Under the pieces are notes generated by a model. That model saw only the letters and a program-made list of their open reading frames with translations, did not search any database and was not told where the DNA came from. Made by a program: the position numbers and the translations under genes. From a virus, in IMG/VR virus record IMGVR_UViG_3300008107_000046, positions 10,722-74,721 of that record: 64,000 bases of DNA; one strand, written 5' to 3'. Below are positions 38,394 to 47,361 of the stretch, piece by piece (within the stretch, counting starts at the first letter, position 1; every line of letters begins with the position of its first letter).

Positions 38394-39757
38394 ATTATAC
38401 TACAAATTTAGATGAATATTATGAAATAAAAACTAGTTTTGATGGAGTAACTTATCATAAAGTTAATGAGAAAAATAATATAGATGATGGAATTTATATT
38501 AATAAAAACTATGATAAAGTTGTTTTAGTTGCCTATGAATATAGTTCTGGGGGAAATTTTTTAATAAATTCTTTATCTCTTAGTGATGATGTTTGTTCTT
38601 CTTTTAATTCTATTAAAGAAAAGGAGGAATATTTTAATAAAAGTTTAAATGATATAAATTTGTATTGGTCAGACTTTACTATTTGTGATAAATTTTTTAC
38701 TTATGAAGATATTAAAAATAATAATAAAGAAAAGTATTTTTTCATATTTACACATATTGTTGATAAAGAAGAAACTAAGTCTCAAATAAATTATCATTTA
38801 AAACGTTTAAAAAATTGTAAAGTAATATATTTCGTAAACTCACATCTTTTTGTTAAATTAAGAAGGTGTGTTCATAATTATAAAGGATCATATAATTTTT
38901 CTAAATTTAAATCTTTGGATAATATTAAATTTTCTGATTATTTTACATTATCAGAAAAAGATAAAACAGCACTGAAAAATAAGTATACTGATGTAAAAAA
39001 ATATTCTTATTGTGATCTAAGCACAAAACAAGAAATTTATATATGGGATGTAAATTCATTTTTATCTGAAGAAGATTATTTAAATGATATAAAACAATTT
39101 TATATTGGTTTTAATTTATCCAAATTTGATGAAAAGTCTTTGAGAAAAATTTATAGATCATGGATTAAAAAACTATCTGATTTATCAGAAATTCCTATAC
39201 CAAAAAAATATAAACCATGGACAGCACTTATATCAAAGTTGTATAATGATGATATGGATTTTCTTGATGTTAGAACTAGTACATTATACCAAAATTTTGA
39301 TTTCGACCTTGATAACGAAAAAGCAATATTATTTTTGACGGAATCAAAATATGATTTTAATCTTGTTGTTAATTGTCTATCTTTTAGTAAATATGTTTCA
39401 TGTTCAAAAACATTAAGATATGATTTTCTAATTGAAAACATAAATGATAGATATTTCTTTTTAAATGATTGTACCGCTGAAGGTAAATACTTTTTTATTG
39501 TTGATCATTTGTGGACTAAAAGAACATTAAGTTTTCATAAATCACATTGGAAAAATTCAACTGTTATAGTTTGTAGTGAAAATGAATATTATAATGATTT
39601 GGCATATAAATGGGACCCTAATTTCTATCTAAAATTGAAAGACTTTTTAATTAATATTAAAAAATTATATAATTTTCTTGGTTTTGATGATTATGATGAG
39701 GATTTAATAAAAAAATACTATATTGCATGGATGAGTAATAAAAAAATTGACAATTAA
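38390..39757 (+). CDS. Sulfotransferase-fold-like protein, family copy 5 (tandem double domain)
   Basis: Domain 1 'SSGGNFLINSLSLS...YIWD'. Degenerate domain 2 'LVVNCLSFS...YKWD...LY..LGF....IKKYY..W'. Confidence 0.5.
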   Translation: MNYTTNLDEYYEIKTSFDGVTYHKVNEKNNIDDGIYINKNYDKVVLVAYEYSSGGNFLINSLSLSDDVCSSFNSIKEKEEYFNKSLNDINLYWSDFTICDKFFTYEDIKNNNKEKYFFIFTHIVDKEETKSQINYHLKRLKNCKVIYFVNSHLFVKLRRCVHNYKGSYNFSKFKSLDNIKFSDYFTLSEKDKTALKNKYTDVKKYSYCDLSTKQEIYIWDVNSFLSEEDYLNDIKQFYIGFNLSKFDEKSLRKIYRSWIKKLSDLSEIPIPKKYKPWTALISKLYNDDMDFLDVRTSTLYQNFDFDLDNEKAILFLTESKYDFNLVVNCLSFSKYVSCSKTLRYDFLIENINDRYFFLNDCTAEGKYFFIVDHLWTKRTLSFHKSHWKNSTVIVCSENEYYNDLAYKWDPNFYLKLKDFLINIKKLYNFLGFDDYDEDLIKKYYIAWMSNKKIDN

Positions 39758-39798
39758 AAATACTTCTGATAAATTGGATAATGTCTTTTCTAAAAACT

Positions 39799-39942
39799 AT
39801 GACCACTAAAACGCACGTACAAAAAGATGGAACTATTTGGGAATGGATTGAAACCCCAGAACTCAAAGAATGGATTTCTGTACAAGTAGCAAAAAAGACG
39901 CTTCTTCAACTTGACGATCCTAAAGTAAAAAATAATAACTGA
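39799..39942 (+). CDS. Hypothetical protein (47 aa, below the track cut-off)
   Basis: MTTKTHVQKDGTIWEW...; upstream TTGACA (39747), 17 nt, TAAATT. Confidence 0.45.
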   Translation: MTTKTHVQKDGTIWEWIETPELKEWISVQVAKKTLLQLDDPKVKNNN

Positions 39943-39944
39943 AT

Positions 39945-40151
39945 ATGGAAAAAACATTTATTGATGATGCTTTTTATGTTGAACAAAAAAGATGGGGAAC
40001 ATGGCAATCATATGATAAAGAAGGTAACGGGTTATTAACATCATTAACTGAAACACAATGTATTTCTGCTACTAGATGGTATCTGAAGAAAAAACAAGAA
40101 GGATTTGATGATGTGCAGGTTTATGAAGGTGTTGTAGGTGGAAAACTCTAA
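39945..40151 (+). CDS. Hypothetical protein
   Basis: 68-aa ORF. Confidence 0.6.
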   Translation: MEKTFIDDAFYVEQKRWGTWQSYDKEGNGLLTSLTETQCISATRWYLKKKQEGFDDVQVYEGVVGGKL

Positions 40152-40299
40152 TAATTATCCATATCATGTTTTAGATCCTACGACACCATGGTTTGAGTGG
40201 TTATCATACTGTGAATGTTGTCTTAGTTTAGGTGTTGAACCACGACTTGGTAGGTTTATGCGTTATAGAGAATATCTTAAAGAAGTTGGACTTTTATGA
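40138..40299 (+). CDS. Hypothetical protein (53 aa, GTG start)
   Basis: Fills the gap between neighbours; stop overlaps the next ATG. Confidence 0.45.
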   Translation: MENSNNYPYHVLDPTTPWFEWLSYCECCLSLGVEPRLGRFMRYREYLKEVGLL

Positions 40300-40514
40300 A
40301 AGTAAGAACCAAAAAAATTATCTTTTTTTGTATTATTGCATGGGCATTTTTTACAACAATAATTAGTCTCAATTTAATGAATAGAATTACTAAATTGGAA
40401 ATTAATCAAGCGTTTAATGATGAAAATGTTAAATCTTCAATTCAAAGATTATCATATGACATACATCAACTTCGGATAAATACCACACAGTATGATGGTG
40501 AAAATTTTGAATGA
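40296..40514 (+). CDS. Membrane-anchored hypothetical protein
   Basis: N-terminal transmembrane segment. Confidence 0.5.
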   Translation: MKVRTKKIIFFCIIAWAFFTTIISLNLMNRITKLEINQAFNDENVKSSIQRLSYDIHQLRINTTQYDGENFE

Positions 40515-40771
40515 ATAATATCATTTCTTGGATTTTTGGACCAAAAAAAGAACAAAAATACGTGATCAATTGTATTGATCATAATGAAGGTAAAAAAACT
40601 TCTTTGATGGAATTGATTTCTAATTTGGAAGAGAGAATTGAAAAATTAGAAAAAGAGAACATTGAACTTACTAATTCATTATATGAGGTTGAAAATACTT
40701 TACAATCTCAAATTGATGAGATAAAATTGCCTATATATAACTTACAAATGTATACCTTAGGAGAAAAATAA
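40511..40771 (+). CDS. Coiled-coil hypothetical protein
   Basis: Heptad pattern. Confidence 0.55.
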   Translation: MNNIISWIFGPKKEQKYVINCIDHNEGKKTSLMELISNLEERIEKLEKENIELTNSLYEVENTLQSQIDEIKLPIYNLQMYTLGEK

Positions 40772-41062
40772 ATGTCTTTTGATATTACGTTCGTAAATGC
40801 TGATGGGGTAGAAACTGTAGTACCTTGTGAAGCAGATCAATATATTCTTGAAGCAGCAGATGAAGCAGGTGTAGATCTTCCTTATTCTTGTCGTGCTGGT
40901 GCATGTTCTTCTTGTGCTGGTAAAGTCATTGAAGGTGAAGTTGACAATTCTGAACAAACTTTTCTTGATGACGATCAGATGAATGAAGGATTTACTCTTT
41001 TGTGTGTTGCATATCCACTTTCTGATTGTAAAATTCTTACTGAACAAGAGGAAAATCTATAA
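40772..41062 (+). CDS. petF: Plant-type [2Fe-2S] ferredoxin
   Basis: '[16 protein letters not shown]...FLDDDQ...GF.LLCVAYP.SDC.I.T..E'; AGGAG RBS. Confidence 0.96.
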   Translation: MSFDITFVNADGVETVVPCEADQYILEAADEAGVDLPYSCRAGACSSCAGKVIEGEVDNSEQTFLDDDQMNEGFTLLCVAYPLSDCKILTEQEENL

Positions 41063-41244
41063 TGTATGAAGAGTTAAACACATTTGAAACTGCTCTTTCT
41101 CATTTTGGGACTAGAGTTGATATTATATGTGCTTTAGAAATGGGAGGAAAAATTGATGCTGAAACTGCTTACAAAAATATTAAATTTGAACTTAAAGAAC
41201 TCAAAAAAATTAGAAAACGTTCAAAAAAAGACCAGGATATGTGA
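41062..41244 (+). CDS. Hypothetical protein
   Basis: 60-aa ORF coupled to the petF stop. Confidence 0.6.
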   Translation: MYEELNTFETALSHFGTRVDIICALEMGGKIDAETAYKNIKFELKELKKIRKRSKKDQDM

Positions 41245-41362
41245 CAAATGTGGAGTTGAAAAACCCCTAACTATTGAAAATTTTCAAACTGTGAAATATT
41301 TCAGAGATGGGTTTTCTTATTACTGTAATGAGTGTTCTACCGTAAATGGTAAGTCTAAATAA
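41153..41362 (+). CDS. Small Zn-ribbon protein (start uncertain)
   Basis: CDKC...CNEC motif. Confidence 0.45.
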   Translation: MMLKLLTKILNLNLKNSKKLENVQKKTRICDKCGVEKPLTIENFQTVKYFRDGFSYYCNECSTVNGKSK

Positions 41363-41379
41363 CAATAAATAAGTAAATA
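41356..41379 (+). promoter_or_regulatory. Tandem T4-like late promoters
   Basis: Three TAAATA copies (41356, 41366, 41374) before the fibre genes. Confidence 0.55.
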
Positions 41380-41400
41380 ACAAAGAAATCTTGAGATACG

Positions 41401-41961
41401 ATGGCAGTATTAACCGCAACTGGTGTCACTTTTAGTGATGCTACATCATTAACATCTAAGTATGGAGTGTTACCGCAATCCACAGTATCTGTATTTTTTC
41501 AAGCAGCAGCACCTACTGGTTGGACAAAAAGTACAACCCACGATGATAAAGCATTGAGAGTTGTAAGTGGAACTGGTGGTGGATTTGGATCTGGTGGTAC
41601 TGCAGGTGCTGGAGGTATTTCATTTACTTCTGCTTTTCCCGCTACAGCAAAACCGATTGCAGTTCCTATTTCAGTAACTGCGCCTGTGACTGCTACTGTT
41701 GGCAATACAACTCTTACTACAGCACAAATACCTCAGCATACTCATAATAGTTTAACTGGATCTGATGCTGCTGCAGCATCAGGATCTTCACAATTTAGAA
41801 CTCCTGGAAATACTGCTACTGGTGGTGTAGATAGTCCTTTGGGTACTGGAGGAGCACACACTCACCCATGGACAGGAAACGTGGCACTATCTACGACAGG
41901 TAATACTACAATGGACTTGAGAGTTCAATATGTAGACGTAATTCTTTGCTCATTTAACTAA
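41401..41961 (+). CDS. Short tail-fibre / collar-like protein
   Basis: 'F.Q.AAPTGWTK..THD.KALRVVSG', 'TLT.AQIP.HTH', 'GGAHTH' fibre His motifs. Confidence 0.75.
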   Translation: MAVLTATGVTFSDATSLTSKYGVLPQSTVSVFFQAAAPTGWTKSTTHDDKALRVVSGTGGGFGSGGTAGAGGISFTSAFPATAKPIAVPISVTAPVTATVGNTTLTTAQIPQHTHNSLTGSDAAAASGSSQFRTPGNTATGGVDSPLGTGGAHTHPWTGNVALSTTGNTTMDLRVQYVDVILCSFN

Positions 41962-41962
41962 G

Positions 41963-42532
41963 ATGGCGGTTTTAACAAATACTGGAATACAATTTGCTGT
42001 TGGTAATGAAATAAATTCAAAGTATTGGATGTATCCTGTTGGAACAAAAAAATTGTTTGTCCAATCTGCTGCTCCAACTGGATGGACTAAAGATACTACC
42101 CATGATAATAAAGCACTGAGAGTTGTATCTGGAAATGGTGGTGGAAGTGGTGGTACAAATAGTTTTACTACAACTTTTCCAGCATCTACTATACCAATTT
42201 CAGTACCATTTAGTTCAACACCTCAAGTAACTTCTCCAACTGGGCAAACAACATATACAGTTGGACAAACAACACTTTCAATTACACAAATTCCACAACA
42301 TACTCACAGTAGTCTTCAAGGAGTATCTGGTGGATCTGGTGCAAACCCATTCAGTAATGCTGGAACATTTAGGGTTGCTGGAAGCACTTCAACTCCAGGA
42401 ATGGTAGAATCGACTGGTGGTGGTGCTCACGATCATAGTTTTAGTGGAACTGCATCAGTAACAACTACTGGAAACACTGCAATGGACTTGAGAGTTCAAT
42501 ATGTTGATGCTATAATTTGCACATTAAACTAA
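41963..42532 (+). CDS. Short tail-fibre / collar-like protein (tandem paralogue)
   Basis: Same motifs as 41401-41961; shared 'MDLRVQYVD' C-terminus. Confidence 0.75.
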   Translation: MAVLTNTGIQFAVGNEINSKYWMYPVGTKKLFVQSAAPTGWTKDTTHDNKALRVVSGNGGGSGGTNSFTTTFPASTIPISVPFSSTPQVTSPTGQTTYTVGQTTLSITQIPQHTHSSLQGVSGGSGANPFSNAGTFRVAGSTSTPGMVESTGGGAHDHSFSGTASVTTTGNTAMDLRVQYVDAIICTLN

Positions 42533-42568
42533 ATATGTTATAATTTTTATTAATAGGTTGAAATTATT

Positions 42569-42907
42569 ATGCAAGTAAAACCAGGTAATTATTGTCCACT
42601 AATTAAAAAAGATTGTATTGGTCTCAAATGTGCTTGGTACACGCACGTTAGAGGTATGAACCCAAATACTGGGCAAGAAGTTGATGAATGGTCTTGTGCT
42701 ATTAATTGGTTGCCAATGATGCTTATTGAAAATTCTCAACAACAAAGATCTACTGGCGCTGCTGTAGAATCTTTCAGAAATGAGATGGTCAAAGCAAATG
42801 AAACTAATATTAATGTTTTATCTGCAGCAGCACAAATGTTGCAGGCATCCAGAGATGAGCGTGAAACAAAAATTCTTCCAACTGAAGTAAGAGAGGTAAA
42901 CGAATGA
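42569..42907 (+). CDS. Cys-rich protein adjacent to tail-fibre genes
   Basis: 'CPLIKKDCIGLKCAW...G..P.TG..VDEW.CA...GAAVESFRNEMV'. Confidence 0.6.
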   Translation: MQVKPGNYCPLIKKDCIGLKCAWYTHVRGMNPNTGQEVDEWSCAINWLPMMLIENSQQQRSTGAAVESFRNEMVKANETNINVLSAAAQMLQASRDERETKILPTEVREVNE

Positions 42908-43689
42908 GAGTAACTGTTATTTACGATGATCATTATATTTCTGTAGATGGTCAAGGAATTCATTTTGTTGATAATTGGCCATTTGATGAAGAAAATATTC
43001 ATGCTATTCAATGGTATGCTGATCATGGTGAATTGGAGTACAAAGACACTTCTCCAAATTTAGAATTTACCGATTATCCAATTATTGCAAAATACATAAG
43101 TCACTTTACTAAAGAAAAAGAACGTATTGAAGAAGAAAGAAGAAGAATTGAGGAAGAAGAGCGTAAAAGGCATGAAATGTGGCAGTTAGCAATGCAAGAA
43201 CTGCAAAAAGAATTGAATGAAACCAAAATGAATTATGAAAATACTATCCGAAATTTTGAGGAAGTCAAAACTAATTTGGATATTATGAGTAAGAGTTACA
43301 TGGAAACTCAAGAGCAGTTGTCAATTGCAAATCAAGTTAATTATGAAATTCAAAAGATTAATGAACAAATAAGTTATGTTAATCCAGACACTGAAATTAT
43401 GAATATAATTCAACCAAATGTTATTGATAATATTGCTGAGTTCAGTGATGGTGTTGATATGTCCTTATTTGAAGATGATGAATCTATTATACAACAATTG
43501 GAAGAACTTCAATCTTTAGAAACTGAAAGAACTGAATTTGATGTAAAAGCATTTGAAGAGAATTTTGATATTGATCTATTGGATGAAGTTAATCTTGCCA
43601 ATCCTCAAGAAAACGATGGTGAGGAGGATTATATTCTTTCTATCGAATCTTTATTAGATGAACTTGATTTAGAAGAAGAAACCAATTAA
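42904..43689 (+). CDS. Putative tail-fibre assembly-like protein with coiled-coil, acidic tail
   Basis: N-domain 'IHAIQW....GE.EY'; long coiled coil; position in the fibre module. Confidence 0.45.
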   Translation: MRVTVIYDDHYISVDGQGIHFVDNWPFDEENIHAIQWYADHGELEYKDTSPNLEFTDYPIIAKYISHFTKEKERIEEERRRIEEEERKRHEMWQLAMQELQKELNETKMNYENTIRNFEEVKTNLDIMSKSYMETQEQLSIANQVNYEIQKINEQISYVNPDTEIMNIIQPNVIDNIAEFSDGVDMSLFEDDESIIQQLEELQSLETERTEFDVKAFEENFDIDLLDEVNLANPQENDGEEDYILSIESLLDELDLEEETN

Positions 43690-43709
43690 AGTAAAAAATA
43701 TATGTTGTT

Positions 43710-44915
43710 ATGATTAAAGAATTAACTGAAAATAACTACTTAGTAGTTCCTAGTTTCGTAATTAAAGAAAAAGCAAATCAATTAGCAAACGATTTTAAAA
43801 ACTATTCCGAAAAAAATAATCTTTTAGGTGATAGTCAAGTACAAAATTCATACTCAAAATATGATTATATTTCATTCCTAGAACTTTTGTGTGAAAAAAC
43901 ACCAGAAGTTTCTAGGATTATTGGTGAAACGGTTCTTCCGACATATTCTTATGTACGAATTTATAAGAATGGAAATACCTTACCACATCATGTAGATAGA
44001 AAGGCATGTGAAATTTCTATTACTGTTAATTTAGATTGTGACATTCCTTGGGATATTTGGATCGTCACTCCATCAGGAGAAAAAAGGTCTGTAACTCTTC
44101 TTCCTGGTGATGCTATGATTTATTTGGGGTGTGCTGCAACTCATTGGAGGGAAGAATACTCTGGTAATTATTGCTCACAAGTATTTTTACACTATGTAAG
44201 AAGTCGTGGTCCTTACTCAAATGTGTATTTTGATAAGAAGGAATATAAAGAAAATAACGACATCTTGGAAGAAACCATTGAAGAAAAAGTTTCTTCTCCT
44301 ACATTGATTGTAAAAGAACCACAAAAAGATGAAGCGGTTATTATTCATAACAGTAAAACACCATTAGATGAATACATTAAGATTTTTTATAATGTAATTC
44401 CTAATGATACTTGCGATCTAATTCTTAATGAATATGTTTCATCTAATGACTGGACTGAAAGTAGAACTGGTGATGGGAATGTTAACAAGCACATTAGAAA
44501 TTGTGATATTATAAGTATTTCTCAAGCAAATGTTATTAATAAAAATCCAGAAACAAGACAAAAAATAGATCATTTACTTTTTAGTGCATCTGGTGAAGCA
44601 CTAAAAAGATACATTGAATTAATTCCAATGTGTGAAGTTAATACTGATAGTGGGTATGATCTATTAAGATATAATGAAGGTGGATATTATTCACTACATA
44701 CAGATTCTTTCAAAGATATTCCTCGTTCTGTGTCATGTTCATTTAATTTAAATGATGACTATGAAGGTGGAGAATTTGCTTTCTTCAATAAAGAATATGT
44801 CATCCGAGCACCTAAAGGTTCTGCAATAGTATTTCCATCGAATTTTATGTATCCTCATGAAATTATGGAAGTTAAAAAAGGATCTAGATATTCTATAGTT
44901 ACTTGGTTTATTTGA
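43710..44915 (+). CDS. Double-domain 2OG-Fe(II) oxygenase
   Basis: Domain 1 'PTYSY.R.Y..G..L..HVDR..CE...HWR..Y'. Domain 2 P4H-like 'LLRY..G.Y..HTD...GGE...FPSNF.YPH...G.RYSIVTW'. Confidence 0.85.
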   Translation: MIKELTENNYLVVPSFVIKEKANQLANDFKNYSEKNNLLGDSQVQNSYSKYDYISFLELLCEKTPEVSRIIGETVLPTYSYVRIYKNGNTLPHHVDRKACEISITVNLDCDIPWDIWIVTPSGEKRSVTLLPGDAMIYLGCAATHWREEYSGNYCSQVFLHYVRSRGPYSNVYFDKKEYKENNDILEETIEEKVSSPTLIVKEPQKDEAVIIHNSKTPLDEYIKIFYNVIPNDTCDLILNEYVSSNDWTESRTGDGNVNKHIRNCDIISISQANVINKNPETRQKIDHLLFSASGEALKRYIELIPMCEVNTDSGYDLLRYNEGGYYSLHTDSFKDIPRSVSCSFNLNDDYEGGEFAFFNKEYVIRAPKGSAIVFPSNFMYPHEIMEVKKGSRYSIVTWFI

Positions 44916-45493
44916 TGCAGGAAGAATATCAAGATTTTATTGGGATATACCGTAATGTAATTCCTAAGGAAGAATGTGTAGAGTTTGTATCAACTATAGA
45001 AAATTATTTTCAGAATGCAGATCAAACTACTATTCTTCCTGGTGTAACTCAATTTCAAAATACTGAATTGGGTAGAAATGATTACTCTACCAATGGATTT
45101 GTAAATCTTCCTTACGAATCGATGGCAATTCAAAATAAATTGAATGAATGTATGTTTAAATACGCTCACAAGTATTTTATTGTTAAACAGTTGACTGCTT
45201 CTTCAAAAGAGGTTAAAATACAAAAAACACCCCCTAGAGGTGGTTACCATCAATGGCATTGTGAGCAATGTAATATTGAAACTTCAACTAGAGTTTTAGG
45301 ATGGATGGTTTATCTTAATGATATTCCAGATGGAGAGGGTGAAACTGAATTCATATGGCAAAAATTAAGAGTAAAACCAGAAGCAGGTAAGTTTTTAATT
45401 TGGCCTGCTTCCTTTACTCACACCCATAGGGGAAATCCTGTTTATTCTTGTAGTAAATATATTGCTACAGGTTGGTATACATTGGATACTTAA
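44915..45493 (+). CDS. Prolyl-4-hydroxylase-like 2OG-Fe(II) oxygenase
   Basis: 'GGYH.WHCE...YLND...GETEF...WPA.FTHTHRGNP...KYIATGW'. Confidence 0.88.
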   Translation: MQEEYQDFIGIYRNVIPKEECVEFVSTIENYFQNADQTTILPGVTQFQNTELGRNDYSTNGFVNLPYESMAIQNKLNECMFKYAHKYFIVKQLTASSKEVKIQKTPPRGGYHQWHCEQCNIETSTRVLGWMVYLNDIPDGEGETEFIWQKLRVKPEAGKFLIWPASFTHTHRGNPVYSCSKYIATGWYTLDT

Positions 45494-45522
45494 TTATATT
45501 CTAACATTGGATTGAAAATTAA

Positions 45523-45744
45523 ATGGCACTATCTAAATCGGTTGAAGAATCTTTAAAAGAAGCAGAAGCATCTCTTCGTAATGCTCTTTCTTATGCTGCT
45601 CGTCAAGAAAAACCATTCATTGGTAAACATATTGCAGATATGATTTTAGAAATTGATAATCTCATTAAAACTGATGAACTTATTGATAAACTTGAAAATC
45701 GTATGAACGGTGATAGTGGTAAATGGGGACCTTTTGGTGAGTAA
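45523..45744 (+). CDS. Hypothetical protein
   Basis: 73-aa helical ORF. Confidence 0.6.
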   Translation: MALSKSVEESLKEAEASLRNALSYAARQEKPFIGKHIADMILEIDNLIKTDELIDKLENRMNGDSGKWGPFGE

Positions 45745-45746
45745 AT

Positions 45747-47033
45747 ATGAATAAAAAACCTTTATGCATAATGCCATGGACATATCTAGAAATATTAACT
45801 ACTGGTGATGTTACGCCATGCTGTGCTAGTTATTATTTGTATGGAAATGTAAAGGAAAAAAGTATAGAGGAAATATGGAATGATGATCCAATAAAAAAAC
45901 TTCGTCTTGACATGTTCAGTGATAAACTTCCTGAAGCATGTCATACTTGTAGAGAAATAGAAGAAACTGGTAGTGAATGTAGTTTAAGGATTATTAACAA
46001 TGATAAGTTTAAATCTACTTTCGATGACATAGAACAAATTACAAATCCTGATGGTTCTATTTCTCAACTTAAATTTAGGGGTTGGGACTTTAAATTAAAA
46101 AATAAATGCAACTTTAAGTGTAGAACATGCACTCCTTGGGAGAGTGAATTAATTGCAAAAGAAAATAAAGAAATTGTAGATCATAAGAGTAATTTAAGTT
46201 CGGTTAAAGGATCTTTTGATACTGATGATGTTCCAACATTAGAAAATACTTGCCAATCAGTAACTGATGATTTTGATTTTCGTCAATTTGCATTAGATCA
46301 AATTGATAATTTAGAAATGATTGAATTTGCTGGTGGTGAAACATTAATCATGGATGAACATTATGAATTGTTAGACATATTATTGAAAAATAATAAGACT
46401 GATATACATCTCTCTTATAACACTAATATGTCTATCATGAAGTATAAGTCTTATCATATACTAGACTATTGGCGTAAATGGAACCCAGATAAATTAACTG
46501 TTATTGCTAGTATTGATGAAATCGGTGAACGTGCTGAACACATTAGAAAAGGGACTGTTTGGAAAGTAGTAGAAAAAAATTTAAAGACAATAGTTTCTGA
46601 AGGTTTCAACAGAAGAACAAATGATGTTATAGGATGTCATAATGTCTTTAGATTACCTGAAATAATAACTTATTTGACAGAAATTGATTACATTTCACCA
46701 AAATTTGATTGTTTAAATTTTGATTTGTCAGTTGAAATTTCTAACTATGATTTAAGAGCATTGTCTGATGAGTTTAAAAGTGATATAATTATTAAGTTAA
46801 ACAATTTTATAGAAATTTATAACAAAAAATATAATACGGACATTTCTGCTAAATTTATCCATGTGATTGAAACTTTAAAAGAACCCCATCATATCAAATA
46901 TGCAATGAGATATTTTAAAGAAACTATCAAAAGAGATAAATTTAGAAATGAAAACACTTTTGAAGTAATTCCAGAAATGAAAGATATTAAAAAAAGTATT
47001 AAAAAGTATCTGAAAGAAAATTCTGTAAAGTAA
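45747..47033 (+). CDS. Radical SAM enzyme with N-terminal SPASM/twitch-like domain (paralogue of 27832-29031)
   Basis: 'CIMPW...GDVTPCC...C..C', CNFKCRTC, GGE, YNTN, 'ASIDE...RAE.IRKG..W'. Confidence 0.85.
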   Translation: MNKKPLCIMPWTYLEILTTGDVTPCCASYYLYGNVKEKSIEEIWNDDPIKKLRLDMFSDKLPEACHTCREIEETGSECSLRIINNDKFKSTFDDIEQITNPDGSISQLKFRGWDFKLKNKCNFKCRTCTPWESELIAKENKEIVDHKSNLSSVKGSFDTDDVPTLENTCQSVTDDFDFRQFALDQIDNLEMIEFAGGETLIMDEHYELLDILLKNNKTDIHLSYNTNMSIMKYKSYHILDYWRKWNPDKLTVIASIDEIGERAEHIRKGTVWKVVEKNLKTIVSEGFNRRTNDVIGCHNVFRLPEIITYLTEIDYISPKFDCLNFDLSVEISNYDLRALSDEFKSDIIIKLNNFIEIYNKKYNTDISAKFIHVIETLKEPHHIKYAMRYFKETIKRDKFRNENTFEVIPEMKDIKKSIKKYLKENSVK

Positions 47034-47120
47034 TATTGCAGAAATCCGAATAAAACATTAAGAATTTAATAATTAAATTGATATCCTGTTAGAATATCCT
47101 CACAAATTCACGAGGCGCTT

Positions 47121-47327
47121 ATGTCCCTTCCTTCCAATCGAACAAAAGAACTCACCAATGATGAGTGGAATGAATTAGTTGCACTGAAGGATGCAATTAA
47201 TAGTAATCCAGCATCAGTTCATCCTGAAAAGATGGAGTTGTTTACTGAATTACTTGTTCGGTCACTTGATGGGAAGTGTGATCCTCCGACGCCAAAAAAT
47301 TGGAGAGGTGGATCTTTATCTGAATAA
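47121..47327 (+). CDS. Hypothetical protein
   Basis: GAGG RBS; upstream TAGAAT -10 box. Confidence 0.6.
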   Translation: MSLPSNRTKELTNDEWNELVALKDAINSNPASVHPEKMELFTELLVRSLDGKCDPPTPKNWRGGSLSE

Positions 47328-47361
47328 TTTAATACATAATAGTATTAGCACCTTAAGATAA

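Noticed and set aside
47041-47100. Possible Pho box or other host-regulator site (repeated TTAA) upstream of 47121
   Set aside because: TTAA units at 47058, 47066 and 47073 lack 11-bp periodicity and are expected by chance in AT-rich DNA.
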